From Patellaria atrata CBS 101060 (lineage: Eukaryota), in NCBI GenBank assembly GCA_010093705.1, contig MU006090.1:1019817-1083816 (forward strand): 64,000 bases of DNA, given 5' to 3'. Positions 13,994 through 27,111 of this stretch are shown piece after piece (position 1 is the first letter of the stretch; each line of letters opens with the position of its first letter). The notes below the pieces were generated by a model. It worked only from the letters and a program-made list of their open reading frames with translations, was not told the DNA's origin and made no database searches. The translations under genes were made by a program, and so were the position numbers.

Positions 13994-16163
13994 TTACATC
14001 CCCTTCCTCTTCCTGTTGTACACCTTCTTTCCCTTGTCCCAGAAAATTCTACTCCACGGTTTATATAATATCTTGCTCTCCATAGTGCCGCTGACCACTC
14101 CAAACACAATCAGTACAATTACACTAAGCGTCAAGATGACCGCAAAAGCGATCCAATATTCATTCAGCTTGAAAGTAACGCCCTCAATCTCAGTGCTAAA
14201 GTAGGCCGTCATGAGAGAAACCGGCATGAAGAGTATAGTAATCTTAGCCAGAAAGAGCGTGACCCTCGTGAGCCGTTCGACAGAATAACTCTCCTTGATA
14301 GCGATGAGGTTAAAGTTCATCATGACCAGGCTTTCCTTCTGATCGATGCACTCCTGGATCTCGCTCAGGGCGTACAGGCGGATGCGGTGCTTGAGGCGCT
14401 CGAAGCGGACGCGGGCGGCGCTGCTGATGGAGACGCCTAGGAGGGACTGGTGTTCGAGGATCTGGTGGGCACGGCCGTCCGCGGTGGAGGACTCGAGCGA
14501 TTCTGGCGATGAGACGATGTGGGAGTTTTTGAGGGAGGCGAGGGATGCTTCTTGCTTTTCAAGGACGCGGTCGATTATCAGTTCGTAGGATTGGTAGATG
14601 CGTTTTAGGACCGAGAGTTGGCGGCCGATGTAGTGGAGTTGCTCGATGTGGGAGAGGGATGCGGTTTGCAACATCTCTTCACGCTAGTGGGGTTGATGTT
14701 AGTGTTATTTATAGTTTGAGATAGATAATGGCCGTTAAATCGGTAGGATGGTGGCTGTTGAGTGCACACGGTGGACTTACGAGCTTGTTCAGCTTACTGG
14801 CGTACGGATGCTCTTGTCTCGCAAGGAGGCTATATGTTGTATGCCAGTCGTCGAAGAGGCAGTAGAACAGGAGGCCTGGGATGTCGGTTTCTCGGTGAAT
14901 GGTCTCTTCCTCGCTATCTCCAACACGCTTACGGATGGGAAGAAGATTGAGTGGGTTCGCTTTTTTGGAGTCATATGCTTTGGAGAGCTGGGAAAAGACA
15001 TTAATGATATTGCGTCGGATGGTGCTGAGTGACTTGATTTCTTGCTCATCCAACTCTTTGGTGAACGGATAAGGATCTTCCATAATCGATATGACGGTCT
15101 CTAATGGATTCGTTTAGGATGGATCACGATCAGAGGAATTGGGATGCTGCTTACTGTCTTCACATAATACGAGCCAACTCCATACTCTCTTACCTTCAGG
15201 TACATCACTCTTCTCATATTCATCAACTTCTTCGCCATCGTCGTTGATGTTCTTTTTCTTTGACGTATCCAGGTGGTATAGAGAATTGTATCCTAGAGAG
15301 ACATCTGCACCATATTAGTATCTAAGAAGAACGAGGCCCTTTGAGAAACGGAATCCACATACAGCGTCTTCCCCAATCAACCGAAGACCAGTGCCAGACT
15401 TCGTTTGCAATATGGTAATGATTAATACCAGCTGATGAATCAAACTGTGATGCGGGGGCCAGTTCTTTCATCTCAGCACTGTCTTCCAGATCAATAGAAC
15501 TGGACTCCTCCAGCATAGACTTTGCAGATGAACCTTTCTCCCCATGAAGGCGGCGGAGGATAGATGAACTACTTAGATGGGAATGGGTATCTTTTACAGG
15601 AGCGGCCTTCTTTGGCTGCACTGGAGCAGAACGCATCACACCGAGGAGCCTCGGGGTAAAATCATAATAGCGAGCGATAGTCTGATATCAAGATGAGCTG
15701 AAGGTCAACGCATAATTAAGGTCTCATTAGAGGCAAACCTGGACGATATCCGTTTGCTTGTACGGGTTCCAAATATTGCTAGGGAAACATTAGCTAGATT
15801 CAGGGGGTAAATGTAATAATAGGGGAGGCTTACATCCATCGTGTATGGGTATTTGGTGATCTCTATGTTATAAAATCTTAGCTCCTGAATACAAAGGTTT
15901 AATAGAGGCGTGTTGAATTGGAATGTGAGATCGATCCTCAAATTACTTACACTACCCTTCAAAAGCCTGGATATTTGAGTGTTGCTAAGGTCACGTTCAC
16001 ACCATGCTTCATCGTCGCTAAAGTCTACAAAGAAATTGCGATTCCGGGGACCTTTTATCGCTTTCTCGAATGCATGGAAGGTTGTTTCGTCATCTAAGTT
16101 TTGAATAGGGACGCCTAGTTGGCGATAATGCTCAAATGTCGAATGGGTTTGTTGACCAGTCAT
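13994..16163 (-). CDS. Fungal CorA-like transmembrane-domain protein
   Basis: Multi-exon; helical region followed by two C-terminal TM helices (VTLFLAKITILFMPVSLMTAYFS; YWIAFAVILTLSVIVL) in the CorA arrangement, but no canonical GMN motif. Confidence 0.7.
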
Positions 16164-16697
16164 TATTTCTGTATAACCCCAAGTTTTGTACAAGCTTTGC
16201 TGAGGGGCGCTAGGATGAGAGTATCGTTCCTCTCATGTTTTGAGAACAAAGTTAAGGTACGTAATAACGAACGGAAGAGACGGAGAAAGTGGGAGAATGA
16301 GAGATGATGAACTAGTTTTATTCAAACTTTGTTATTTTGGCCTTGTGATGGATGTATATGTCCGCCCTGCTGTACTGTACCCCTTGGTAGCAGAGGGTGG
16401 TCTCGCGACATGTCTCAGCCTGACCCCATGAAGGCTTAGAGGACAGAATCACAAGGCTGTGCCTTTGCACCATACGTCCACGGGTTTGTCGTATACAGTT
16501 CTATACAAAGTACAGGCGGGTATACAGAAGTTTAGTTGGATTTTATATGCATCTCGTCCGCCTTTGTACCCCTGGAGTTGCGTCTGTACTTACACATTCT
16601 ATCGAATCATTTGTTCCAGCACCTCAACAACGACATTTCATAAGCGCTTAAACCAACCACAACATGCTACACTGCTTTGAGGCATATTGTGCACAAA

Positions 16698-17465
16698 ATG
16701 TTTTCCCATGCGCAGTATAAAATTATTGCACTACCCAAATACTTCACCGAACAAAATCAGTGGGACAAATTAGTCGGCCTCTATAAAGAGTTTAGACTAC
16801 TCAGCTTGCAAGACTCTCCGCGCTTCTTTAGTTCGTCTTACGCAAAAGAAATCGCTTTCCAGAAAGAAGTATGGGAAGAACGACTTCGAAATCCGCTAGC
16901 TGTGACATTTGTAGCCATATCTGCTCCACCAGGGTTAGATGGCACATTGGATTCTAGTGATTTAGAGCAACTGCTCTCGCGAGACTGGCTAGGCAACATC
17001 CTTTTACTTGGCCCGATTGACGACACTGGTGAGAAGGTGTCCGGTGCCAAATCACCTTGGGAGTCCCTCAATAGCCAGAAAAGCGAGACTGGTGGTGCTA
17101 CAACTAATCTGCACTATCATATCAACGCAACTTTCGTTGTTCCGTCGGCACGAGGGATAAAGCTTGGAAAGGCTCTCCTGGAAGCAGCGCTAAGCCTTGG
17201 GGACAATACTGGAATAGCAACAGGGAAAAATGTCAGGTTCTCGTTAGTAGTAGATGACGATAATCCCTATGCAAGGAAAGTATATCGAGATGCTGGATTT
17301 GAAGACGTTCAGAAAGAAATGTTTTGGCAGGAACCGAGGGGACCGGAAGCAGAAACAACGAAAGCAAAAGGCGATATCTCTTTGGTCCAGAGGACGGCTG
17401 TGACGATGGAACGATGGTCACATCCCAATTATTCATCAATGAATCCGGACAAAGCCCATACCTGA
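16698..17465 (+). CDS. GNAT-family N-acetyltransferase
   Basis: RLLSLQDSPRFFSSSY; motif A FVVPSARGIKLGKAL; motif B NPYARKVYRDAGF; intronless. Confidence 0.85.
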   Translation: MFSHAQYKIIALPKYFTEQNQWDKLVGLYKEFRLLSLQDSPRFFSSSYAKEIAFQKEVWEERLRNPLAVTFVAISAPPGLDGTLDSSDLEQLLSRDWLGNILLLGPIDDTGEKVSGAKSPWESLNSQKSETGGATTNLHYHINATFVVPSARGIKLGKALLEAALSLGDNTGIATGKNVRFSLVVDDDNPYARKVYRDAGFEDVQKEMFWQEPRGPEAETTKAKGDISLVQRTAVTMERWSHPNYSSMNPDKAHT

Positions 17466-17852
17466 CCTATCAATGGGCGATCAATATGATAAGGTCGAGC
17501 AAATACATCTCATTACACGCGATGGTGCGGATCTAACCATCTTGTTTGACCTAATGAAAAGAAATACTGATGAAGACGGTAGATACAGAAGTGTATCTTC
17601 ACAGTCAAGAAAAATGGACCAGATGTCGACTTATGATGTAGTACTAATTATATCGATGACTCTTTAGGACTCTAAGTGAACAGACTAGGGAGATTCTGAC
17701 TCCGACGTTCTCGCTTGATAGTAGTGTCTTGGCAAATACACTTTTGAGCGGCCACTTTCTCCCCAATACAACAAACTCAATTTACAACACACCGTTCATA
17801 CGACAAGCCTCACCACAAGAACCTAAAACGTCTCTTTTGGAAGACTGTAAAC

Positions 17853-18663
17853 ATGTCGAAAATCACAGTCGCCGGTGTTCGTACGAATGTGAACCAACTT
17901 TTGGATTACTCCAACAACACCAAGAAGCGAAACTTCCTCGAGACGGTCGAGTAGGTTTACCTTTCTAGGGCTCATCCTTTATTGCATGTCTAATCGGACT
18001 CTAGGTTGCAAATCGGCCTCAAGAACTATGATCCTCAGCGTGACAAGCGTTTCTCCGGAACCGTCAGGCTCCCCAAGGTTCCACGACCCAACATGAGCAT
18101 CTGCAGTACGTCCGAAGTCCTCCGAGAAGCATGATTTTGATCTGACAAGCAACAGTCCTTGGTGACCAGCACGATATCGACAGAGCCAAGCATCACGGTG
18201 TTGATGCTATGAGCGCTGATGACTTGAAGAAGCTGAACAAGAATAAGAAGCTCATCAAGAAGCTTGCTCGCAAGTACGATGCTTTCATCGCATCCGACTC
18301 CCTTATCAAGCAGATTCCTCGTCTCTTGGGGCCCGGCCTATCCAAGGGTAAGTTTTACTAACGACCGTCGATGTCTGCTAGTATAGTAACATTGCGTTAG
18401 CCGGTAAATTCCCAACCCCCGTCTCGCACAATGAGGATCTGAACAACAAGATCACCGAAGTCAAGTCAATGATTAAGTTCCAGTTGAAGAAGGTGTTGTG
18501 CATGGGTGTGGCTGTGGGTAATGTCGGTATGACCGAGGATGAGTTGATTGGTAATATCATGCTTGCCATCAACTACTTGGTCTCACTGCTTAAGAAAGGC
18601 TGGCAGAACGTTGGTAGCTTGACCATCAAGGCTTCCATGTCTCCGCCAAAGCGCCTGTATTAG
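17853..18663 (+). CDS. RPL1: 60S ribosomal protein uL1 (L1/L10a)
   Basis: [59 protein letters not shown]; three introns. Confidence 0.98.
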
Positions 18664-20106
18664 GTAGACTTATGGGTTAAGATGATCGTCTCGGTGGAGG
18701 ACTAGTATAGGACAAGACCGCGCTCTCCGAATGTGACAATTGTCCGAACAAATGTTTTCTCAAGTGCATAATGAATGAATCTTGCTGAGTGATGTGATTT
18801 GCGAATTCACAAAATGTGGTATGGTTACATTATACCTGACGAATGTATCACAGGGGACATATTCCCGACTACCTTCTGAACAGCTTTCTACCTTATAAAG
18901 CACCTATCTGAAGAGGAACAACGGACTGTAAAGGGTGCATCATCATGGTATCGCATGATTTGATTGCTGCATGAATTCATTTAACTCATTTTATTCAAAA
19001 TACATCAAAAACGTTCACTGCTACGTCAAAACCAAATATATGCGCCATAGTGCACTCTTTGATTCCTACATGAAAGCACTGGGGCGGGTAATTGATAGCG
19101 AAACTGGGAGATTCGGAAGCGAAACATATTAATCTTCTTCTGGGATATCGTATTTACGAGTTATGAATGAACAGGTAGAATGCGATGTCGAACACAGAAG
19201 TGATGAGTGTGGTGTATTGGTTTGTAGCGGCCATCCCACAGTTCCAGCCCTGGAATTGGAGCTGCAACTGGTAGGAAAAGACGGACGCACGTTTCTCTAC
19301 AAGGCCGGGAACGGAAGGAGACTCATGATGCAAATGCAGAATAACCCTCAGCAAGCCGCCGTAGCGGAGCCTTGATTGGTATGTTAATACCTACTGATGT
19401 GAGGAGCAAGAAAGAGTCTCAGAGAAGGGAGAAAATTTATAGCAGAATCATTCTGCGCTAGTGCTAAGCGACGGTTAGTAAGCGGTCGGAACTTGGAGAT
19501 TCTCCCGTCCCGCCCACCTGCCACCCTTATTGTACGTTCGTTCCATTGTCCCAACCTAATCGTCACTTTACTCTCGTCCATCGATCTATGTTCTTCAACT
19601 TCCCTCGTGCTCCAGAACTGATGCATCTATCCTTCTGTGAAGAACAAGTACGACACTGGGAAAATACCTCGTTTCTATAACCTCTGGAGTACAGGACTAG
19701 CAAACAAGCATGGCATGCGCAAGTGGAAGCTTGTCGGTATTCGAATATTACATGCGAATCATGACGCCTTTTTACGGAAGATTGGTCATAGGAATTGATG
19801 GAGTTGACGACCGCCAAGGAGTCGGTCAACCAGTACCAGACAAAGGATCCGAACGCCAGCTTCTCTCGGTCTACTATAGTACAAAAGCGTACTATCCTCT
19901 CATTTTCTCTTGCTCGGCGGTCCTCATCTTGCGTGAATATGTGGTGTAGATTTGTAACATCTCTGACTGTGGCACCTCTTCCCTCTGCTTTCTCTCGCTT
20001 TATATAATGGTGTGATTCCCTTCTACCTCTACATAGTCTCTTAAAGGAATTCAAAAAGTTACATTGACTCCGAAATCTGCCTTCGCTCCCGGATGCATAA
20101 TACGTA

Positions 20107-21854
20107 ATGGAGACACTTGAGAATGAAAATGCACCGTCTAAACCATCTTCACCAGCAGAGATGGAACAAGAAGAATCCCATGAAGCACGAATAGAGAGAC
20201 TCGGTCGAGAGCGACCTGCTATATTCAAGACACGATGGGCAGAAATAGGATTCGTCTACTCTATTGTCATGTCTCAGGTCCTTACAGTACGAAAGCTACT
20301 CTAGAACTCGATGATTTACTAGTCAGCTGATACAGTATAGGAGTATTTCGTTTCGGGCTTCAACGTCGTTCTTCCAACAATCACCGAAGAGTTAAACATC
20401 AAGGCTGCGCAAAGCACATGGCCCGCATCGGCATTTTCATTGGTAGTGGCCTGCTTCCTATTGACTTTCGGACGACTGTCGGGTTGGTTGAGCTACCCGT
20501 CGTGTTTCAAATATTCATAACTTCGTTACTAATCTATGTATAGATATGTATGGCGGCTATCCAGTATACACAGCGGGATGTGCCTGGCTCGCTCTTTGGT
20601 CCCTGATTGCGGGTTTCTCGCAGAATGAACTTATGATTGATTTCTGTCGAGCAATTCAGGGGCTCGGGCCAGCTGCATTCCTCCCATCAAGCCTGATGCT
20701 TTTAGGAAGCGTGTACCGCCCCGGACCGCGAAAGAACCTTGTTTTTAGTATCTATGGAGCTTGTGCTCCCTTAGGATTCTATGTCGGCATCTTCTTCGCT
20801 GGTGTGACAGCTGAATATACGACATGGGGTTGGTATTTCTGGATTGGTGCTATCCTTTCTTTAAGCACGGCTTTGACATCGTATCTTTTCATTCCCTCCG
20901 ATACCGAGGAAAGGAAAAATATGGGTATCAAGATGGATTGGCCGGGAGCCATTCTGATCTCATCAGGTTTGATTCTACTTGTCTTTGCGATCACCGAGAG
21001 CTCTGCCGCACCTAACGGGTGGGGAACATCGTATGTGGTCGTAACCCTCATCGCTGGCGTAATCATACTCTCCATTGCTGCTTATATCGAAGGATGGGTA
21101 GTAGAGATGCCTTTGCTTCCCTTCGATATGTTCAAGATCAAGTACATAAAGGCGCTCATCCTAGCTCTATTTGCGACATATGGGTCTTTGGGAACTTTCC
21201 TACTATATTCAACATTTTAGTACGGTATCTCCCTCCACTATACACTTTATAGAGTCTACTAACATGTCGCACAGTACCCAAAGAACCATGGGCGTCACTC
21301 CTCTCCAACTCGTCGCTTGGTTCACTCCCATGGCACTCGGTGGCTGCATTCTCTCCGTCGTCGGTGGACTTATCCTTCACCTTATCCCGGGTACCATTCT
21401 CGTCATTATATCCGGAATCGCCTGGATTGTATCACCTTTACTATTTGCTCTCGCTCCTGCCGGCGCCAATTACTGGGCCTGGATCTTTCCCAGCATGATT
21501 TGCGCTACGGTTGCTATTGACATAACCTTCAACGTCACTAATGTGTTTATCACTACTTCCATGCCGCTGCGAAGACAAGGGCTTGCGGGGGCGCTGATCA
21601 ATAGTCTGATGCATATTGGTATTGCTTTCTTTTTGGGCTTTGCGGATGTGGTGAGAACCCAGACGGAACATCAGGGTGAAAGGAAAACCTACAAGAATGT
21701 GTTTTGGTACGAGGTTGGATGTGCAGCTTTTGCGCTAGTAGTTTTGCTTAGGTTTGTGAGGATCAAAAAGGCAAAGAGCGATATGACAGCCGACGAGAAA
21801 GCCGCGTTGGAGGCAGCCGAGGGTTCAATGTTACAAGTGAGTAGTTCGAGGTAA
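20107..21854 (+). CDS. MFS drug:H+ antiporter (DHA2/Atr1-like, ~14 TM)
   Basis: FGRLSDMYGG, RAIQGLGPAAFLPSS, YRPGPRKNLVFSIYGA, WGWYFWIG; many TM helices; three introns. Confidence 0.9.
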
Positions 21855-22023
21855 CGGTGAAGTTCAGCTTGCGTGCGAGATATAATCACGAGCAATTACC
21901 GAAGGACATGTCACACACTCCGCTTTATACCTTATTAGATATTAATAGAATCTCGCTCATTCATCCTGAAACACTGACATGTAGCCATTAAGTAGAGATT
22001 TGGATTTTTTGATCAACGTTAGG

Positions 22024-22753
22024 TTATCCATTCCCCTCTTTCTTTCTTCTCCATTCGTTCAGCGCTTCATCTGCTTCTGCACTCTCAACAACACATCTTT
22101 CCCCCACTAACGCCCATGTCCTTGCTCTTATGATATTCTCCACGCTTCTCTCATTCCTTATTAAAGCCGCCAATGACTCTGTTCTCGCTTCTCTTGGAAA
22201 ATACCGTCCGCTATATGGGTCCAGCCTTTCGTCCACGACCCTCTCCCTCGCGCGAGCCGATTCCACCTCTCTCAACAGCTGGTCTGGGTCGTCTGGGTCG
22301 GGGGACGTCGCAACTATTTCTCAGTTAGAACATTACCTTCTCTATCATGTTCTACTGGTGTCTCGCTAAGAGCTTGAGCGAATGTACGTAAAGCAAAACA
22401 TACCTCCGGCACAATAACTCAACACACGTGAGCGAACCTCCCAAGACGGAAAGAGCACATTGTTCTTGAAGTCCCGACATGCGCTTGGATCGATGAGGCG
22501 ATAGGTTAGGGGTAGCCGGTTCTGTCGAGTGGAAGTAGACGAGGGATCAAAGCCTTTCGAGGACGGTGCAACAAGAGCATTGAGACTTTGCGTTATCGAG
22601 TCGTCGATTACGGAGCGGGAGAGGCGGAGGAAGTCTAAAGTCTGTTTAGACCATGTATGAAGCGGGTGGTGTAGGGTGCAAACATCGGAGAGCGCTTTGG
22701 TTGAAGCAGAATTGAGGCGTTAGTTTAGGGGTTTCGGAGGGTTGGCGTGCCAT
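22024..22753 (-). CDS. MIX23: Mitochondrial intermembrane-space protein Mix23 (Cid2/CCDC58 family)
   Basis: PQFCFNQ..DFLRLSRS.IDDSITQ.LN, C..F..NVLFPSW..R..VL.YC, DERLDPYS, E..VENIIRART..LV.ERC; two introns. Confidence 0.88.
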
Positions 22754-23041
22754 ATCTTCGTCTGTGGTGGTGATGAGATGGGAGGATGGAGATTTGTGCT
22801 TTGGTCTTTCGACTGGCGAGCTTGCCCCGGCAGCTCCTCGACTCCAGAATAGACCAGCCGTGTTTGCGGATTACAGCGGAGAACTATAAGACTAAAGTAG
22901 AAGTTGAAGACAAGATTGAACCTGTTCTGCTGTGAGGATCGCGAACAGACGAGATGACATGGGTAAGCTACTCCATAGGCTGTACTTTTCGGGAATTACC
23001 ATAAGTAGATGTCACGACGAGCAGGTCTTGGCTAGGCGACT

Positions 23042-23077
23042 GGCGCGTCACTCGCGCCTTCGTCCCACTTTACGCGT
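23042..23077 (+). promoter_or_regulatory. MCB (MluI cell-cycle box)-like elements upstream of DNA ligase I
   Basis: Perfect ACGCGT at 23072-23077 plus two further CGCG cores (GGCGCGTCA, TCGCGC) within 36 nt, 55-90 nt upstream of the first CDC9 ATG. Confidence 0.55.
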
Positions 23078-23131
23078 GAACCGGAGTATTGCTCCTCATA
23101 CCATGCACAACAACCACCCTCAAGGCCATTC

Positions 23132-26100
23132 ATGCCAGTAGTTGATCGATTTTCTTCTCTGTCTTCGCACTTCCTTCGATTTTCCTCATCTTGTGCTATT
23201 CGTACAAATCTGAGGGCCATCCGTTCTAGCTGTCTCAAGTTACGTCAACCATTATATCGAAAGGGAGTTTGTATGCAGAAGAGATTGCACATCATGGCCC
23301 CTAAGCAAGCGACGTTAGGGTATGCATGCCATTTGAACGGTTTTATCATTGTATCGACGCTTACTAAGCTTCTATAGGAAGTTCTTTGGAAACCCTAATG
23401 GGACGAAAGCGCCGCCACAGCAGTCGACACTATCTTTCTCAACGAAGTCGAACACAAAGAAGGCCGCTGAAGAGGATGATGAATCCAAGGAGAATAGTGT
23501 ACATGGAGTTGATAAGTCAAGTAGCCACGTGGTAGAAGTACAGGACCAGGAAATGGTAGACGATGGTACGAAGAGCGGCTCCGAAGAAGACGTAACAGAG
23601 AGTTCTATCAATAGGAGTATGTCAGCAGGACCTCCACTCCGTTCCTTATATATTACATTCATCTTTCCTAAAACTTGATTCCTATTACATACCATCCACC
23701 TAACACAATTAAACTCCGATCAGGCAAGAAAACGTCCTCAGCGGTTGCTCAGCTTTCTCCGAGTTCACGAAAGAGATCAACAGCAGGTGATGTTGAAAGT
23801 AGTCATTCATCTGAGGATGAGCCTCCGACCAAGAGAATGCGGAGGAAACTTGTAGAAGCGAAGAAAACAAAAAAGGTAGAGGAGACAAGTCCCTCTGCTA
23901 AGCCCAAGACCTCGAAAGTTCCTACCACTAATGGGAAGAAAAAGTCACCTAACAAGGAGAAATCAACTGGCATCAATGTGGAGGCAAAGAAGGTGAAGAA
24001 GGCTCAAAAAGAGATTAAAGGCGAAGAGGACGCTGAGGAACTCCAAATTTCGCCTACCTCAGCAAAAGAGATCAAGTCAGAAGTTGCACTAAGTCCCGAG
24101 TCAGATAAATCCGAGGTTCAAGAGGAAGAAGAGGTATCTAGTGAAGATGAGAAGCCGGAGGTTGCTGCGGCCGCACGAGAAAAGGTTCAATCGACCTTAT
24201 TGAAGAGCGGTACTAAAGACCCTTATCCAGACTGGAAAGTGGGCGAACCAGTCCCCTACGCTGCCCTGTGTACGACGTTTTCTAAGATTGAGATGACCAC
24301 CAAACGCCTTGAGATCCTAGCCCACTGCTCTCTCTTTCTGCGACAGGTCCTTCGTTTAACTCCGAACGACTTATTACCTACCATTCAATTGATGATCAAT
24401 AAGCTCGCCGCGGATTATACAGGGATTGAACTCGGAATTGGAGAGTCTCTGATTATGAAGGCCATTGGTGAGAGTACTGGACGGAGCCTTCAAGTCATCA
24501 AAGCGGATCAGAACGAAATTGGTGACCTTGGACTAGTTGCTGCGAAAAGCAGGTCGACACAACGAACCATGTTCAAACCAAAAGCTCTCACTGTGCGAGG
24601 TGTGCATGAAGGACTCATGGCAATTGCAACTATTGAGGGTCAAGGTTCCCAAGGCCGGAAGGTGGCGGGTATCATGAAACTCCTATCTTCTGCTGACGCT
24701 CATCTTGCTGGGAAGGGTAACAAGGGAATAGACATCACAGAAGACAAAGGAGGTCCTAGCGAGGCAAAGTACATTGTTCGAACTCTAGAAGGGAAACTAA
24801 GGCTCGGGTTAGCAGAAAAGACAGTTTTAGTCGCCGTAGCACAGGCGATTGTCTTCCATGAAGCTTCACAAAAGGGCAAGAAACCCCCTAGCACAGATGA
24901 TTTAGCGAAAGGCGAGAGTACCTTGAAGTTTGTGTACAGGTTAGGAGCTTACTTCTAGTAAATGCTGGTTTAAGCTAACATGGTCTTTTTAGTGAACTCC
25001 CTAGTTACGAGGTCATCATTCCTGCTGTATTGGAGCATGGTATTGACAACTTGCGAGAGAAGTGCAAACTTCAACCGGGCGTCCCTTTGAAGCCTATGTT
25101 GGCGAAACCTACGAAATCCATCACGGAAGTTCTCGATAGATTTGAGGGGAAAGACTTCACTTGCGAGTATAAGTACGATGGTGAAAGAGCACAGATCCAC
25201 TTCGTTGCACATGATTCACCGGATCAATATGCGACTGAAGTCTCGTCGGCGGGCAAGTCTGAGAAGGGCGTATCGAATATCTTCTCCCGCAATTCGGAAG
25301 ATCTGTCAAAGAAATATCCAGATATCCTAGCTAAACTTCCTACCTGGCTCAAAGATGGCACAAAGAGTTTTGTTCTGGACTGTGAGACTGTAGCTTGGGA
25401 TACCGAACAGAAGAAGGTTCTTCCCTTCCAGCAGCTCATGACAAGGAAGAGAAAAGATGTCAAGGCCGAAGACATAAAGGTCAAGGTCTGTGTGTTCGCT
25501 TTCGACCTCCTTTATCTCAATGGCGAAGCTCTAGTGACGAAAACTCTTCGTGAACGTCGGGAGCTTTTGAGGAACTCCTTCATCCCGGTCGAAGGAGAAT
25601 TTACCTTCGCAAGCTATGGCGATACGAACGAACTAGATCAGATTCAAATCTTACTTGATGAAAGTGTCAAGGCATCTTGCGAGGGCTTAATGGTCAAGAT
25701 GTTGGACGGCACTGAGAGTCATTATGAACCGAGTAGACGTAGTCAGAATTGGCTTAAGGTAATACTTTTCCCCTTCAATGCAGTACATTCATTAACTGAT
25801 GCCCCTCCACAGGTCAAGAAAGACTACCTCCAAGGCGTGGGCGATTCCCTCGACCTTGTCGTCCTAGGCGCCTACTTTGGTAAAGGCAAGCGCACTTCCG
25901 TCTACGGCGCCTTCCTACTCGCCTGCTACAACCCATCCTCACAAACTTACGAAACCGTCTGCAATATTGGTACCGGATTCTCCGAGGCCGTACTCGAGGA
26001 GCTCCACACCCAGCTCTCCGAGAACGTCATCGAGCGTCCCAAACCCTTCTACGCGCACTCTACCGGCAACAAGGACCAGCCGGACGTCTGGTTCGAGGCC

Positions 26101-26343
26101 AAGTTCGTCTGGGAGGTCAAGACGGCGGATTTGACGCTGAGCCCGAGGTATAGGGCTGCGGCGGAGCATGTGGGCGGTGGAGGCAAGGGCATCAGTTTGA
26201 GGTTCCCGAGGTTCATCAAGTTGAGGGAGGATAAGAAGCCAGACCAGGCGACGACGGGGAGGCAGATTGCGGAAATGTATCAGAAGCAGGAGAGCGTGGG
26301 GAAGAATAAGGGCCCCAGTGTTGATGATGACTTTGAGTACTGA
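23132..26343 (+). CDS. CDC9: ATP-dependent DNA ligase I, with two candidate in-frame starts (23132 and 23294)
   Basis: PIP box QATLG|KFF split by intron 1; active-site EYKYDGERAQIH; EGLMVKML; KVKKDYL; SLRFPRF; four introns. Confidence 0.97.
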
Positions 26344-27111
26344 GATTCAGGTGAATATTAGCTGCTACTAAACCTCGCGGCCTGGTTGATGTTGAGTCGG
26401 AAAGAGCATGGTCACGGATTATACAAAGTTCACAGTCAAAAACAAGCATGGATGATAGTTTCAATCATAGGTTACCTGTCTAGGTTGTATATTACAATAA
26501 ATATGTAGAATAAAGGCTTAAGGGGTATATTAAGACAATGTGAAGTGAAAATAAGTGATGCAGGGATGCAAGAGAGGAATCCCACAGTGCCAACCAAAGG
26601 AGATTGAAAGACCTCTTTCCCCGGTTATCAAATCTGCAAACAAGCGGACAGACTCGCTGTTTGGCCATAAGAAAAATAAAGTGGACAAAGAAGCCTGCCT
26701 GGCTGATATAAAGATTTCGACGCTGCAGCTACCCTTGTCGAAGAGCAAATGCTTATGCCAAACCTAGGATCGTATATTCATCCATCTGCCATGAGCAAAA
26801 CCCAAAATAAAAGGGTATGTCAATGCTACATGAAACATCTCCACCAGCAACTGAGTATAAGAGCCCCTGAAATAGCTACACCAGCATATTCCAGTCGTCT
26901 AGCCCTTTCCGGTCGTTTCCGCACCACAAAATAACATGCAAGATCCCTTAGGTAGCTCCAGTTCATCAGATGTGTCCCGTGTAAATGCCAAGGGTATAGA
27001 GCGGGCAAAGACGAAATGGTCGTTCATTTTCTCAGGAATCGTCAATGTGGAAAAAATCGTAAGTATAATACAAGGGGTATAAGTAGTCCAACTGTGGGTA
27101 TAAGTCGTCCA

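Noticed and set aside
19154..20100. Several 66-221-aa ORFs upstream of the MFS gene
   Set aside because: No recognisable motifs or coding bias; probably promoter or antisense noise.
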